Source of the DNA: an uncultured Clostridia bacterium
GTDB taxonomy: Bacteria > Bacillota > Clostridia > Christensenellales > CAG-917
Assembly: GCA_944332815.1 (NCBI GenBank)
Contig: CALVKQ010000002.1
Span: 1,787-65,786 of the forward strand
Reading direction: 5' to 3'
DNA length: 64,000 nt
Shown here: one piece after another, positions 54,096 through 64,000 of the stretch
How positions within the stretch are numbered: the first letter of the stretch is position 1
Layout: each line of letters begins with the position of its first letter
The notes under the pieces: model-generated
Told to the model about the DNA's origin: nothing
Database searches by the model: none
The model's input: the letters and a program-made list of their open reading frames with translations, nothing else
Made by a program: the position numbers and the translations under genes

Positions 54096-54473
54096 TCAGA
54101 TGAGCGTAGAGTGGATGACGTAATCCGCCGTCGCTTTGTTGGTGGCGATCGGAATGTCATAGACGACTGCTATGCGCAGCAGCGCTTTGACATCTGGGTC
54201 ATGCGGCTGGGACTGGAGAGGGTCCCAAAAGAATATCACAAGATCGATCTGCCCTTCCGCTATCTTCGCGCCTATCTGCTGATCCCCTCCGAGAGGGCCG
54301 GAAAGATATCTTTCCACATCCAGCCCCGTGGCTTCGGCGACGAGTTTGGACGTAGTGCCCGTGCCGCACAATTCGAAACGCGCGAGGGTGTCGCGGTTCT
54401 TCATTGCCCAGCTTACCATTTCCGCTTTTTTGTTATCGTGCGCGATGAGCGCGATCTTTTTCACCTGTTTCAT
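54096..54473 (-). CDS. mgsA: methylglyoxal synthase
   Basis: [16 protein letters not shown]...CGTGTT...[11 protein letters not shown]...DPL..QPHDPDV. ATG at 54473; the track ORF is extended. Confidence 0.9.
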   Translation of the reverse strand: MKQVKKIALIAHDNKKAEMVSWAMKNRDTLARFELCGTGTTSKLVAEATGLDVERYLSGPLGGDQQIGAKIAEGQIDLVIFFWDPLQSQPHDPDVKALLRIAVVYDIPIATNKATADYVIHSTLI

Positions 54474-54596
54474 ATCACACATCCTTTTTGATATTATACC
54501 ACACTCTCCGCTCGGTTTCAACCCCGTTGACGGACAAACCGTCATAGCGACGAAACACGGGCATCAAGATGAAAAAATGAGCATATAAACGCGCGT

Positions 54597-55073
54597 TTAT
54601 GCCATATCGTAGGGTTTGCAGACGTCCGTCCAACCTCTCGCCCGTGAGAAACGTTCCAGCTCTTCGAGGTCGAGTTCTATCGCGCTGGACGAGCTGCCGC
54701 ACGCCGGATATACCTTGTCAAATCGGCGAAGGGACTCGTCCAACCAGACCTCAACGCCATCGTTCACGGCAAAGGGACAGACTCCTCCCACGGCGTGCCC
54801 CGTCAGGCGCTCCGCGTCCTCTCTCGCCAGCATCTTTGCCTTGCCGCCGAAAAAGTCCTTATACTTGCGGTTGTCCACTTTTACGTCGCCTGCCGCCACG
54901 ACGAGTATTATGCGCTCCCCCAACATGAAGGACAGCGTTTTTGCTATACGCGCCTCTTGAGTGCCGAGTGCTTTTGCGGCGAGCTCCACCGTGGCGCTGG
55001 ACACATCGAACTCTCTCACGCGATCGGCTGCTCCGTAAGCCGACAGATATTCTTTGACTTTTGCGACGGACAT
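54597..55073 (-). CDS. YbaK/EbsC-family aminoacyl-tRNA deacylase
   Basis: 158 aa. KTLSFM, HAVGGVCPF and the YPACGSS ending are typical of the YbaK/ProX editing domain. Confidence 0.8.
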   Translation of the reverse strand: MSVAKVKEYLSAYGAADRVREFDVSSATVELAAKALGTQEARIAKTLSFMLGERIILVVAAGDVKVDNRKYKDFFGGKAKMLAREDAERLTGHAVGGVCPFAVNDGVEVWLDESLRRFDKVYPACGSSSSAIELDLEELERFSRARGWTDVCKPYDMA

Positions 55074-55223
55074 CGCGCACCTCCGCTTTTTTCGTGATTA
55101 TAGCATATTATCGCCCTTCGGGCACGCGCAAAACGCATTAATTTGACACTATTTTGCCAAAAAAATTGACATAGAGGTGCATTTAATTCAAAATGTTAAT
55201 ATAACCGCTTACGGGGGAGGAGT

Positions 55224-56027
55224 ATGACGGACATCGAAAAGTTGAATGCCGAAGAGGCAGAAGAAGCAGCAAAAGACATTACTGCCGCAGAGGAAGAGGT
55301 TTCGGAGGTCGAAAACGCTTCGGACGAGGAAAATGCGGCATCCGACGCGGAAAAGACAAAATTGGCCGTGGCTTTCGATAAGGGCAAAGATTTCATGACC
55401 CGACACGGCAACATCTGGCAGATCGTCAAATTCACGCTCATCAGCCTCATCGCTTTCCTTGCCGAATTCGCCTCCATGTATGCCCTGCAATACGGGCTGG
55501 AAGACGTGCTCGGAAATCAGGAATTCCACTGGTTCGTGTTCCACTACGCTCCCGGCAGGAATGGCGCGTTCGGCACGGCAGGTTTCATCGCCATGCTGGT
55601 GTCAAAGTGTATAGCGGAGGTCATCTCCTTCACCATCAACCGCAAAAAGACCTTCAACGCCAACAACAACGTGGTGTTCAGTGCGATCATGTACGTGCTG
55701 ACGGTAATAGCGCTCATCCTCTTCACCACCTGGCTCGCAGGCGTGCTCGGCGACGCCATCGGACCCGCCATCGGCGCTGACTTCGGCAACACCATAAGCA
55801 AAATGCTCGGCTCGCTCATCAGCTGGGTGGTCATCTTCCTGATGGACAAGTTCGTCATCATGCGCAAGGTGGACAAGGGTGAAGACGCGGACGAAAACGC
55901 CGACGCCGAAACTGACGGTGCGGAAAATGCGGAAGGCGCGGAAGCGGAAGCAGCCGCCGCGGCGGACGTCGCCGTCGACGACCTCACCGCAACGGAGAGC
56001 GCTTCCGACGACACGTCGTCAGACTGA
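55224..56027 (+). CDS. GtrA-family membrane protein with acidic N- and C-terminal extensions
   Basis: The core (QIVKFTLISLIAFLAEFASMYAL plus four TM segments) is GtrA-like. ~45-aa E/A-rich N-terminal and ~50-aa D/E/A-rich C-terminal tails. Confidence 0.75.
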   Translation: MTDIEKLNAEEAEEAAKDITAAEEEVSEVENASDEENAASDAEKTKLAVAFDKGKDFMTRHGNIWQIVKFTLISLIAFLAEFASMYALQYGLEDVLGNQEFHWFVFHYAPGRNGAFGTAGFIAMLVSKCIAEVISFTINRKKTFNANNNVVFSAIMYVLTVIALILFTTWLAGVLGDAIGPAIGADFGNTISKMLGSLISWVVIFLMDKFVIMRKVDKGEDADENADAETDGAENAEGAEAEAAAAADVAVDDLTATESASDDTSSD

Positions 56028-56082
56028 CGCGCTGCGCACATAGGAGGACGGGAGCCTCATCCCGTGTGACAAGACACAAAAA

Positions 56083-56117
56083 CGGCGGAACCTGAGTTCC
56101 GCCGCTTTCTTTTGTTT
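56083..56117 (+). terminator. rho-independent terminator after gtrA-like gene
   Basis: cggcggaac-ctga-gttccgccg followed by ctttcttttgttt. Confidence 0.7.
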
Positions 56118-56239
56118 GCGTATGTCGGACACCGGCGCATCATCCCGGTCCGGCATATCGGAGTTTCCGTTCGGTCGAGGACGGTGTTGCCGTCCGAACG
56201 CTGCCCTCTTCGGGATTTGCTTTTATGTCCTCCGCAGCC

Positions 56240-57094
56240 TCAATTTATGCCGTGCTGCAAGCGGTAAGCGGTGACGGTGTTCTGCAAAAGCATGGTGACC
56301 GTCATGGGGCCCACGCCGCCGGGGACGGGGGTGATGAAGGAGCACTTGGGCGCGACTTCGGCGTAATCCACGTCGCCGCAGAGTTTGCCGTTCTCGTCAC
56401 GGTCCATGCCGACGTCGATGACCACCGCGCCCTCCTTGACCATATCCGCTTTCAGGAACTTGGCTTTGCCTATCGCCACGCACACTATATCCGCGCGCGA
56501 AGTGACTTCGCCGAGGTCACGGGTGCGGCTGTGGCAGATGGTGACGGTGGCGTTGCGGTCGAGCAGCAGCTGCGCGAGGGGTTTGCCCACGAGATTGGAG
56601 CGTCCCACCACCACCGCGCTTTTCCCCTCGATGGGGATGGAGTAGTGATCCAACAGCTTGATGACCCCGTAAGGCGTGCAAGGGATGAGCTCGGGCTCTC
56701 CCGTCCAAAGTTTTCCCTTCTGCACATAATGGCAGCCGTCCACGTCCTTGGCAGGGTCGATGAGGTGGAGGAGTTCCGCCTCGCTGAGGTGCTTGGGCAC
56801 GGGCAGTTGGAGGAGTATGCCGCTGACCTCGGGATCCGCGTTGAGCGCCTTTATCTTGTCCGCGACTTCCTCAAACGAAGCGTCGGCAGGCATGGTCACG
56901 AGAGTGGACGCGATGCCCACCTCCGCGCAGCCGTTGATCTTGTTGCGCACATACACCTTGCTTGCCGGGTCGTCGCCCACCAATATGACGGCGAGCCCTA
57001 TCTTGCCGAGTTTGTCCTGCGGCAGTTCGCCGACCTGTCTTGCGATATCCTCCCGAGTGAGTTTTGCAACGAGTTTTCCGTCTATTATCTGCAT
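56240..57094 (-). CDS. folD: bifunctional methylenetetrahydrofolate dehydrogenase / methenyl-THF cyclohydrolase
   Basis: MQIIDGK..., LQLPVPKHL, VVVGRSNLVGKP, PVPGGVGPMT. Confidence 0.92.
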   Translation of the reverse strand: MQIIDGKLVAKLTREDIARQVGELPQDKLGKIGLAVILVGDDPASKVYVRNKINGCAEVGIASTLVTMPADASFEEVADKIKALNADPEVSGILLQLPVPKHLSEAELLHLIDPAKDVDGCHYVQKGKLWTGEPELIPCTPYGVIKLLDHYSIPIEGKSAVVVGRSNLVGKPLAQLLLDRNATVTICHSRTRDLGEVTSRADIVCVAIGKAKFLKADMVKEGAVVIDVGMDRDENGKLCGDVDYAEVAPKCSFITPVPGGVGPMTVTMLLQNTVTAYRLQHGIN

Positions 57095-57103
57095 AAGCGC
57101 TCC

Positions 57104-58612
57104 TTATCTGTTGCCGGTGTAGCCGGTATTCTTCTGGATGACGTCGTGCGCGCCGCCTTCCGTGATGCTGGTGGCGGACACCACCGTCATTTTTGCGGTC
57201 TGCTGCAGCTGTTTTATGGTGATGGCGCCGCAGTTGCACATGGTGGAACGCACCTTGTAAAGGCTCTTCTCCACATTATCTTTCAGGCTGCCGGCGTAAG
57301 GCACATAGCTGTCCACGCCCTCTTCGAAGGAGAGCCCGGACTTTCCGCCGAGGTCGTAACGCTGCCAGTTGCGCGCGCGGTTGCTGCCCTCTCCCCAGTA
57401 CTCCTTGACGTAATTGCCGTTGATGTTGAGCTTGTCGGTGGGGCTTTCGTCAAAGCGCGCGAAGTATCTGCCCAGCATGAGGAAGTCCGCTCCCATCGCG
57501 AGCGCGAGAGTCATATGATAGTCGTGCACTATACCGCCGTCCGAACAGATGGGGATGTAGATGCCCGTCTTTTCGTAATATTCGTTCCTGGCTTCCGTCA
57601 CTTCGATGAGTGCGCTCGCCTGTCCGCGCCCTATGCCCTTCTGCTCACGCGTGATGCAGATGGAACCGCCGCCTATGCCAACTTTGACGAAATCCGCGCC
57701 GCATTCGGCAAGGAAGAGGAAGCCGTCGCGGTCCACGACGTTGCCTGCGCCCACTTTGACGGAATCACCGTAGTTTTTGCGGATATATTCCAGCGTGCGC
57801 TTCTGCCATACGCTGTAACCTTCCGAGGAGTCTATGCAAAGCACGTCGACGCCGGCGTCTATGAGCGCAGGCACCCTCTTTTCGTAGTCCAGGGTGTTGA
57901 TGCCCGCGCCGACCATATAACGCTTGTGAGAGTCCAAAAGTTCCAGCGGATTTTCCTTGTGCTGGGCGTAGTCTTTGCGGAACACCATATACATCAGGTT
58001 CCCCTCATCGGAAAGGATGGGGATGGAATTGAGCTTATGCTCCCATATGATGTCGTTTGCCTCCGCAAGCCCAGTGGACGCCGGCGCGGTGACCAGCTTT
58101 TCGAGAGGGGTCATGAACTCCGAAACCTTGGTTTCGAGAGGCATACGGCTGACGCGGTAATCGCGGCTGGTGACTATGCCGAGCAGTTTGCCGAAGCTGC
58201 TGCCGTCGTGAGTGACCGCTATGGTGTTGTGCCCTTTTCTCCTCACGAGTTCCAGCACGTCCGCAAGAGTGTTGTCGGGGGTGAGGTTGGAGTCGGACAC
58301 CACGAACCCTGCCTTATAGTTTTTGACGCGTCTGACCATGGCAGCCTCGTCCTCCACGCTCTGCGAGCCGTAGATGAAGGAGATGCCGCCCTCTCTCGCC
58401 AACGCGATGGCAAGCGTATCGTTGCTGACCGACTGCATGATGGCGGACACGAGGGGTATGTTAAGGGAAATGGCAGGCTCCTCCCCCCTTGCGAACTTGA
58501 CCAGCGGCGTGCGCAGGCTGACGTTTGCCGGGATGCAGTTCTCGTCCGTGTATCCCGGGATGAGGAGGTACTCGCTGAATGTTCTTGACGGTTCTTCAAA
58601 ATACTTTGCCAT
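57104..58612 (-). CDS. guaB: IMP dehydrogenase
   Basis: 502 aa. Catalytic loop [12 protein letters not shown], a CBS-pair insert and GGIVHDYH. Lies between purL and folD. Confidence 0.88.
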   Translation of the reverse strand: MAKYFEEPSRTFSEYLLIPGYTDENCIPANVSLRTPLVKFARGEEPAISLNIPLVSAIMQSVSNDTLAIALAREGGISFIYGSQSVEDEAAMVRRVKNYKAGFVVSDSNLTPDNTLADVLELVRRKGHNTIAVTHDGSSFGKLLGIVTSRDYRVSRMPLETKVSEFMTPLEKLVTAPASTGLAEANDIIWEHKLNSIPILSDEGNLMYMVFRKDYAQHKENPLELLDSHKRYMVGAGINTLDYEKRVPALIDAGVDVLCIDSSEGYSVWQKRTLEYIRKNYGDSVKVGAGNVVDRDGFLFLAECGADFVKVGIGGGSICITREQKGIGRGQASALIEVTEARNEYYEKTGIYIPICSDGGIVHDYHMTLALAMGADFLMLGRYFARFDESPTDKLNINGNYVKEYWGEGSNRARNWQRYDLGGKSGLSFEEGVDSYVPYAGSLKDNVEKSLYKVRSTMCNCGAITIKQLQQTAKMTVVSATSITEGGAHDVIQKNTGYTGNR

Positions 58613-58664
58613 GATACTTTTCTCCGTTATTTATTCTCGGTGACGCGTCCTTTTCCGCGCCGTG

Positions 58665-61600
58665 TTATGCGAAATAGTTCACCGCCGACTCGAAGAGGCG
58701 GATGTCGTAGTTGCCGGGGACGTTGAGGTAAAGCCCTTCGCCCACGCGCTCGCTGTGCCCCATTTTGCCGAGCACTCTGCCGTCCGGGGAGGTGATGCCC
58801 TCCACCGCCATGTCGCTGCCGTTGGGGTTGAAATGCACGTCGTAGGTGGGTTCGCCGGCAAGATCGACGTACTGGGTGGCTATCTGACCATTCTTTTGCA
58901 GCCTGTCCAGCCACTCGCCCGTTGCCATGAACCTGCCCTCGCCGTGGGATATGGGGACGTTCACCACGTCGCCGACCTTCATCAGCGAAAGCCAGGGAGA
59001 GAGGTCGGAACACACCCTCGTGCGCACTATCCTGGACTGGTGGCGCGCAATGGTGTTGTAAGTCAGCGTGGGATAGTCCTCCTCCGCGTCCACGATGTCG
59101 CCGTGAGTGACCAGCCCGAGTTTTATGAGCGCCTGGAACCCGTTGCAGATGCCTGCCATGAGCCCGTCGCGCTTGCGGAGCAGTTCACGCACCGCGTCCG
59201 TGACCTTCGCGTTACGGAAGAAAGAGGTGATGAACTTGCCGCTGCCGTCCGGTTCGTCGCCGCCGGAAAATCCGCCCGGGATGAACACTATCTGCGCCTC
59301 GGCAATACGCTTTGCGAACTCCTCCACCGACTCCGCGACCGCAGAAGGCGTGAGATTGTTGATCACGAATATCTCGGGGCGCGCGCCGGCGCGCTTCGCC
59401 GCCTTTGCGGTGTCGTACTCGCAGTTAGTGCCGGGGAACACCGGGATGAGGATGCGCGGCGCGGCAAAGTGCGAACGGCACTTGGCGTGAGCCGCCGCCG
59501 TATAGCTCACCTTGGGGATGTCCCCACCGCCCTGCGCGATATTGCAAGCGTAAACGCTTTCCAGCTTGTTTTCGTAAGCGGTGAGAAGTTCCTCTTCCGT
59601 CACCGCCTCGCCTGCCGCGCGGAACACCTTTTCTTCCAGCACGACACCGAGTTCTCTGCCTACGTCCACGCCTTCCGCGCACTCCAAAACGAACGCGCCG
59701 TACTTGTAGCCGAAGATGTCCTCCGCGGTCAGTCCGTCTGCGAACGCGAAGCCGAAGCCGTTGCCGATGGCACACTTGAACACCGCTTCCGCCACGCCGC
59801 CGTAACCGGGGGTGTATGCGGAAATGACCTTGCCATCGCGCATGAGCTCGTTGACTTTTGCGGCGCACGCAAGAAAACTTTCCGCAACGGGCAGACCGTC
59901 CTTTCCGTAGTCGCATTCGAGCAGTCTGACCGTGCTGCCTGCGCGCTTGAATTCCGCAGACACGGCGTCCGAGCACTTCTCCGTCGTCACCGCGAAAGAC
60001 ACGAGGGTGGGAGGTACGTCAATATGTTCGAAGGTGCCGCTCATACTGTCCTTGCCGCCTATCGCGCCCATGCCCAGATCGCGTTGAGCGCGATATGCGC
60101 CGAGCAGCGCGGCAAGCGGTTTGCCCCAGCGCTCGGGCTTGCCCATGGGTTTCTCGAAATACTCCTGGAAAGTGAGGTAGACCTTGTCAGAGGAGGCGCC
60201 TGCGCACACCAGTTTGGCGACGCTTTCCACCACCGCGAGATACGCCCCGTGGAAGGGACTCTTTTCGCTGATATAAGGGTTAAAGCCCCAGGACATGAGC
60301 GAACAAGTGTCCGTTTCGTCATTTTCCACCGAAACCTTGTTGACCATGCACTGTATGGGCGTGAGCTGATTTTTGCCGCCGAAAGGCATCATCACGGTGC
60401 CTGCGCCTATGGTGCTGTCAAAGCGTTCGGACAGTCCGCGCTTGGAGCAGACGTTGAGGTCGGAAACAAGTTCCTTCATGCCGCAGGCGAACCCCGACGG
60501 CAAAGCCTTTTTGAGGCTGCCTCCCTTTTTCTGTATTGCCGTGGCGTGCTTTTCCGCTCCGTTGGAATTCAAAAATTCGCGCGAGATGTCCACGATGGTC
60601 TTGCCGTTCCAACGCATTCTGAGGCGAGGCTCCGCCGTCACGACGGCGACCACGGTGGCTTCCAGATTTTCGGCGTCCGCAAGCGCGCGGAACTTGTCCG
60701 CGTCCTCGGGCGCGACCACCACCGCCATCCTCTCCTGCGATTCGCTTATGGCAAGTTCGGTGCCGTCCAGTCCCTCGTACTTTTTGGGCACGGCGTTGAG
60801 GTCGATGTTCAGCCCGTCGGCAAGCTCCCCTATCGCGACGGACACGCCGCCGGCGCCGAAATCATTGCACCTCTTGATGAGCAAGGAAGCCTCGGGGTTC
60901 CTGAAAAGACGTTGCAGCTTGCGCTCTTCGGGAGCGTTGCCCTTCTGGACTTCCGCGCCGCAGGTGGAAAGGGACTGCGCGCTGTGCGCCTTGGAAGAGC
61001 CCGTCGCTCCGCCGCAGCCGTCGCGTCCCGTCCTGCCGCCCAGCAGTATGACCACATCCCCTGGCGCAGGCGTTTCACGCACTACGTTGCGCGCCGGGAC
61101 AGCCCCCGTCACCGCGCCTATCTCCAACCTCTTTGCGACGTAACCGCTGTGGTATATCTCGTCCACGATGCCCGTCGCCAGCCCTATCTGGTTGCCGTAA
61201 GAGCTGTAACCTGCCGCCGCAGTGGTGACTATCTTCTTCTGCGGCAGTTTGCCGGGAAGGGTGTCCTCGATGGGAGTGAGAGGATCCCCTGCGCCGGTGA
61301 CCCGCATCGCGGAGTAAACGTACGCTCTGCCGGAGAGGGGGTCACGGATTGCGCCGCCTATACACGTCGCCGCGCCGCCGAAAGGCTCTATCTCCGTAGG
61401 ATGGTTGTGCGTTTCGTTCTTGAACAGCAGCAGCCAGTCCTCCTCCTTGCCTGCGACGTTGACCTTGATCTTCACCGTGCAGGCGTTTATCTCCTCCGAC
61501 TCGTCGAGATCGGGCAGCCTGCCCTCCTTCCTCAGCAATTTCGCGGCTATCGTGGCGATGTCCATAAGGTTGACGGGTTTATGCGTCCTGCCCAGCTTTT

Positions 61601-62360
61601 CGCGCGCGGCGAGATAATCCTTCCACGCCGCCTCGACCTCTTCGTCCTCGAACTCCGCCTTGTCTATGGTGGTGAGGAAGGTGGTGTGACGGCAGTGATC
61701 CGACCAATAAGTGTCGATCATCCTGACTTCCGTGAGGGTGGGATCGCGCTTCTCGGACGCAAAGTAGTCGCGGCAGAACCTGACGTCGTCCGCATCCATC
61801 GCCAGCCCGTATTTGGTTACGAATGCGGCGAGTTCGTCCTCTCCCATTTCGATAAAACCGTGCAAAACTTCCACGTCGCCGGGAGCCGGATAATCCGTTT
61901 TCAGAGTGTCGGGGAGGGCGAGATCCGCCTCGCGGCACTCCACCGGGTTGATGACGAACCTCTTAATTTTGTTCACGTCGCTCTCTGTGAGCTCGCCGTA
62001 CAAAGCGCACATCTTCGCCGTGCGCACGGTGGGTTTCTCCCCTTGCGATACCAGCTGGATGCACTGTGCGGCGGAATCCGCGCGCTGGTCGAACTGACCG
62101 GGCAGCGGCTCCACGCCGAACACGGCTGCCGCGCCTTCGAAGTCGAGTTCGGCGCTCACGTTGTCGAGCTGCGGCTCCGAAAAGATGTTGCGCTCGGCGT
62201 ATTCCAGCAATTTGCCGTCCAAGCCCTCCACGTCATAGCGGTTCACCACTCTGACCCTCGCGAGTCCGCCGACCCCGAGCATACCGGTGGCTTCCGCAAA
62301 AAGCGCACGCGCCTCGGCGTCCAGCCCTTTCTTCTTCTCAACAAAAAGTCTGTTGACCAT
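58665..62360 (-). CDS. purL: phosphoribosylformylglycinamidine synthase, single-chain (large PurL with fused PurS- and PurQ-like domains)
   Basis: ~1230 aa. C-terminal glutaminase GICNGFQAL...HGEGRF. The ATG at 62360 follows GGAGGG; the track start at 62378 is probably 6 codons too long. Confidence 0.9.
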   Translation of the reverse strand: MVNRLFVEKKKGLDAEARALFAEATGMLGVGGLARVRVVNRYDVEGLDGKLLEYAERNIFSEPQLDNVSAELDFEGAAAVFGVEPLPGQFDQRADSAAQCIQLVSQGEKPTVRTAKMCALYGELTESDVNKIKRFVINPVECREADLALPDTLKTDYPAPGDVEVLHGFIEMGEDELAAFVTKYGLAMDADDVRFCRDYFASEKRDPTLTEVRMIDTYWSDHCRHTTFLTTIDKAEFEDEEVEAAWKDYLAAREKLGRTHKPVNLMDIATIAAKLLRKEGRLPDLDESEEINACTVKIKVNVAGKEEDWLLLFKNETHNHPTEIEPFGGAATCIGGAIRDPLSGRAYVYSAMRVTGAGDPLTPIEDTLPGKLPQKKIVTTAAAGYSSYGNQIGLATGIVDEIYHSGYVAKRLEIGAVTGAVPARNVVRETPAPGDVVILLGGRTGRDGCGGATGSSKAHSAQSLSTCGAEVQKGNAPEERKLQRLFRNPEASLLIKRCNDFGAGGVSVAIGELADGLNIDLNAVPKKYEGLDGTELAISESQERMAVVVAPEDADKFRALADAENLEATVVAVVTAEPRLRMRWNGKTIVDISREFLNSNGAEKHATAIQKKGGSLKKALPSGFACGMKELVSDLNVCSKRGLSERFDSTIGAGTVMMPFGGKNQLTPIQCMVNKVSVENDETDTCSLMSWGFNPYISEKSPFHGAYLAVVESVAKLVCAGASSDKVYLTFQEYFEKPMGKPERWGKPLAALLGAYRAQRDLGMGAIGGKDSMSGTFEHIDVPPTLVSFAVTTEKCSDAVSAEFKRAGSTVRLLECDYGKDGLPVAESFLACAAKVNELMRDGKVISAYTPGYGGVAEAVFKCAIGNGFGFAFADGLTAEDIFGYKYGAFVLECAEGVDVGRELGVVLEEKVFRAAGEAVTEEELLTAYENKLESVYACNIAQGGGDIPKVSYTAAAHAKCRSHFAAPRILIPVFPGTNCEYDTAKAAKRAGARPEIFVINNLTPSAVAESVEEFAKRIAEAQIVFIPGGFSGGDEPDGSGKFITSFFRNAKVTDAVRELLRKRDGLMAGICNGFQALIKLGLVTHGDIVDAEEDYPTLTYNTIARHQSRIVRTRVCSDLSPWLSLMKVGDVVNVPISHGEGRFMATGEWLDRLQKNGQIATQYVDLAGEPTYDVHFNPNGSDMAVEGITSPDGRVLGKMGHSERVGEGLYLNVPGNYDIRLFESAVNYFA

Positions 62361-62412
62361 AATCCCTCCGTTTTCCACCGAAAACGATGTTTATCGCTTG
62401 TTTATATGTGCA

Positions 62413-63684
62413 TCAACCACGCTTTGCGGCAAGTGCACGCGCTCCTATGTCATGGCGGAAGAACTGGTTCGCGAAGCGGACTTTCTCCCCTTCGCGGTAC
62501 GCTTTCTCAACCGCCTCGGCGAGCGTGTCCGCGACCGCCGTGACTCCGAGCACCCTGCCCCCTGCGGTGAGCAGCCTATCGCCGTCGAGCTTTGCTCCTG
62601 CGATGTAAAGTTCGGCGTCGAGCTCCCCGTCCACGGTTATCTCGTAGCCGCTCTCGTACTTTTCGGGATAGCCTTCGGAGGCTTTCACCAGACAGCATGA
62701 CGCCTTGTCCGAAAAGCGCACGTCCGCGTCTTTCAGCCGCCCTTGCGTGCATGCGAGCATGACTTCCAGCAGACCGGACTGCATGAGAGGGAGCACCGCT
62801 TGCGTTTCGGGGTCGCCGAAACGGCAGTTATACTCTATCACTTTGGGTCCGTCCGGGGTGAGCATTAGCCCGAAGTACAGACAGCCTTTGAAGGTCCTGC
62901 CCTCCGCTTTCATGGCGCGGACGGTGGGGAGGAATATCTTTTCCATGCACTCCGCCGCTATCTCCTCCGTGTAATAGGGGTTGGGAGCCACCACGCCCAT
63001 TCCGCCCGTATTCAGACCGGTGTCGCCGTCATGAGCGCGTTTGTGGTCCATGCTCGAAACCATGGGCACCACCGTTTCGCCGTCCGTGAATGACAGCACG
63101 GAAACCTCCGGACCGGTGAGGAACTCCTCTATGACGACCTTGCGGCCGCTCGCGCCGAACTTCCCGTCCAGCATCATGGCGCGCACCGCGTCCTTCGCCT
63201 GCTCGCGGTTTTCGGCGATGATGACGCCTTTGCCGAGCGCGAGCCCGTCCGCCTTGACGACGATATTCCCGTCGGGAAGCCCGTCGATGTAACTCTCCGC
63301 CGCCTTTTCGTCCGAAAAGGTTTCGTAACGGGCGGTGGGGATGCCGTACTTCTTCATAAGTTCCTTTGAAAAAGCTTTGCTCCCCTCTATTATCGCCGCG
63401 TCGGCGCGCGGACCGAAACACGGCACGCCCGCCTCTTCGAGCGCGTCCACCGCTCCCAGCACGAGCGGATCGTCGGGCGCGACCACGGCGTAATCCACCT
63501 GTTTATCCTTTGCGAACGCGACTATGCCCGGGATATCCTTCGCCCCCACGGGAACGATGACGGCGTCGGCGGCTATCCCACCGTTGCCGGGCAACGCGTA
63601 TATGACCTCTGCACGAGGATCCTTTTTGAGGGCTTTTATGATGGCGTGTTCCCTTCCGCCCGAACCGACGACGAGTAGCTTCAT
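62413..63684 (-). CDS. purD: phosphoribosylamine-glycine ligase
   Basis: MKLLVVGSGGREHAI... with an ATP-grasp core. 423 aa. Confidence 0.92.
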   Translation of the reverse strand: MKLLVVGSGGREHAIIKALKKDPRAEVIYALPGNGGIAADAVIVPVGAKDIPGIVAFAKDKQVDYAVVAPDDPLVLGAVDALEEAGVPCFGPRADAAIIEGSKAFSKELMKKYGIPTARYETFSDEKAAESYIDGLPDGNIVVKADGLALGKGVIIAENREQAKDAVRAMMLDGKFGASGRKVVIEEFLTGPEVSVLSFTDGETVVPMVSSMDHKRAHDGDTGLNTGGMGVVAPNPYYTEEIAAECMEKIFLPTVRAMKAEGRTFKGCLYFGLMLTPDGPKVIEYNCRFGDPETQAVLPLMQSGLLEVMLACTQGRLKDADVRFSDKASCCLVKASEGYPEKYESGYEITVDGELDAELYIAGAKLDGDRLLTAGGRVLGVTAVADTLAEAVEKAYREGEKVRFANQFFRHDIGARALAAKRG

Positions 63685-63693
63685 CCTCTCACC

Positions 63694-64000
63694 TCAATGA
63701 TGGAATAATCTCATCCCCGTGAACGCCATCGCGATGCCCAGCTTGTTGCAGGTGTCGATGACGATGTCGTCCCTGACCGAACCGCCGGGTTCCGCCACAT
63801 AGGACACGCCGCTCTTGCGCGCGCGGATGATGTTGTCGTCGAAGGGGAAGAACGCGTCGGAGCCGAGGGACACTCCCGTGAGGGTGTCGAGATACGCTCT
63901 CTTTTCCTCTCTCGTGAACTCCTCGGGACGGACGGCGAAGTACTTGCGCCACACGTCCTCGCCTATGACGTCCTCGCATTCGTCGGAGAGGTAAATGTCG
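63694..64000 (-). CDS. purH: bifunctional AICAR transformylase / IMP cyclohydrolase, C-terminal part (gene continues beyond the right edge)
   Basis: The frame is open to position 64000. It ends ...GSDAFFPFDDNI...GVSYVAEPGGSVRDD..I..CN..GIAMAFTGMRLFHH, the canonical PurH C-terminus. Confidence 0.88.
   Translation of the reverse strand, partial: DIYLSDECEDVIGEDVWRKYFAVRPEEFTREEKRAYLDTLTGVSLGSDAFFPFDDNIIRARKSGVSYVAEPGGSVRDDIVIDTCNKLGIAMAFTGMRLFHH

Noticed and set aside
58662-62543. A 1293-aa plus-strand ORF, and similar giants at 18937-21225, 38987-41152, 56225-58588, 26432-28882, 24007-25281, 31018-32181 and 32139-33272.
   Set aside because: - Each lies exactly antisense to a gene with unambiguous family motifs (purL, EF-G, OYE reductase, guaB/folD, the transporter/oxidoreductase, esterase, SDR, uxuA).
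- Their translations are R/H/G/A/V-rich and low-complexity, with no motifs.
- In GC-rich genes that avoid TTA/CTA/TCA codons, the antisense frame stays open by default.
1-64000. Search for CRISPR arrays, rRNA genes, retron/RT genes or cas genes.
   Set aside because: - I saw no regularly spaced 25-40-bp direct repeats with unique spacers, and no rRNA-like stretches.
- No RT or Cas-like ORFs appear in the track.
- The repeats present are the tRNA-associated and TIR families described in the findings.

Overview
This is a 64-kb chromosomal window from a GC-rich, spore-forming Clostridia-type Firmicute. The markers for that call are gpr next to rpsT, a long Bacillus-type SRP RNA, single-chain PurL and an EF-G paralog.

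From about 15.7 kb to 64 kb the window is mostly core genome:
- an ABC-2 exporter, SRP RNA, pyridoxal-family kinase, EF-G2, murI, gpr and rpsT
- a large minus-strand hexuronate/KDG utilisation locus (uxaC, uxuA, an SDR, eda and kdgK, plus a GPH transporter, two Gfo/Idh/MocA oxidoreductases, two TIM-barrel isomerases and an esterase) with an AraC regulator
- redox and detoxification genes
- an S8 protease / WG-repeat / NHL-repeat envelope cluster
- mgsA, ybaK and gtrA
- the purH-purD-purL-guaB-folD operon

The first ~15.6 kb is a compositional mosaic of accessory DNA. Composition was judged by eye, not computed. It contains:
- an AT-rich WYL-regulator + PD-(D/E)xK nuclease pair
- a GC-richer four-gene operon: an unknown protein, a NucS-like PD-(D/E)xK nuclease, a beta-CASP/MBL nuclease with a ~280-aa uncharacterised N-terminal domain, and a second unknown protein. 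This is my best candidate for an undescribed (defence-like) system.
- gene remnants (an AbiEii C-terminal half and a MarR C-terminal end), an SPL-type radical SAM gene and a membrane-anchored GH39-like glycosidase
- the recombination module of a decayed integrative element: a sigma-region-4 protein, a TnpW-like peptide, an intact large serine recombinase, and a second recombinase that is 5'-truncated and carries an in-frame stop

A second AT-richer islet (44.3-47.9 kb; alpha/beta hydrolase plus a DUF4143 AAA ATPase) lies between a GC-rich paralog of the WYL regulator and tRNA-Ser(UGA). It ends in an unusual repeat architecture:
- two ~270-bp units in tandem, each carrying degenerate copies of the tRNA-Ser 3' end
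- a 281-bp element with 25-bp terminal inverted repeats between them, which has a half-copy 23.5 kb away, downstream of rpsT

tRNA-Pro(GGG) is followed by a 21-bp duplicate of its own 3' end and by two 81-bp direct repeats.

I saw no CRISPR array and no rRNA. Many long ORFs in the supplied track are antisense artefacts of GC-rich genes.
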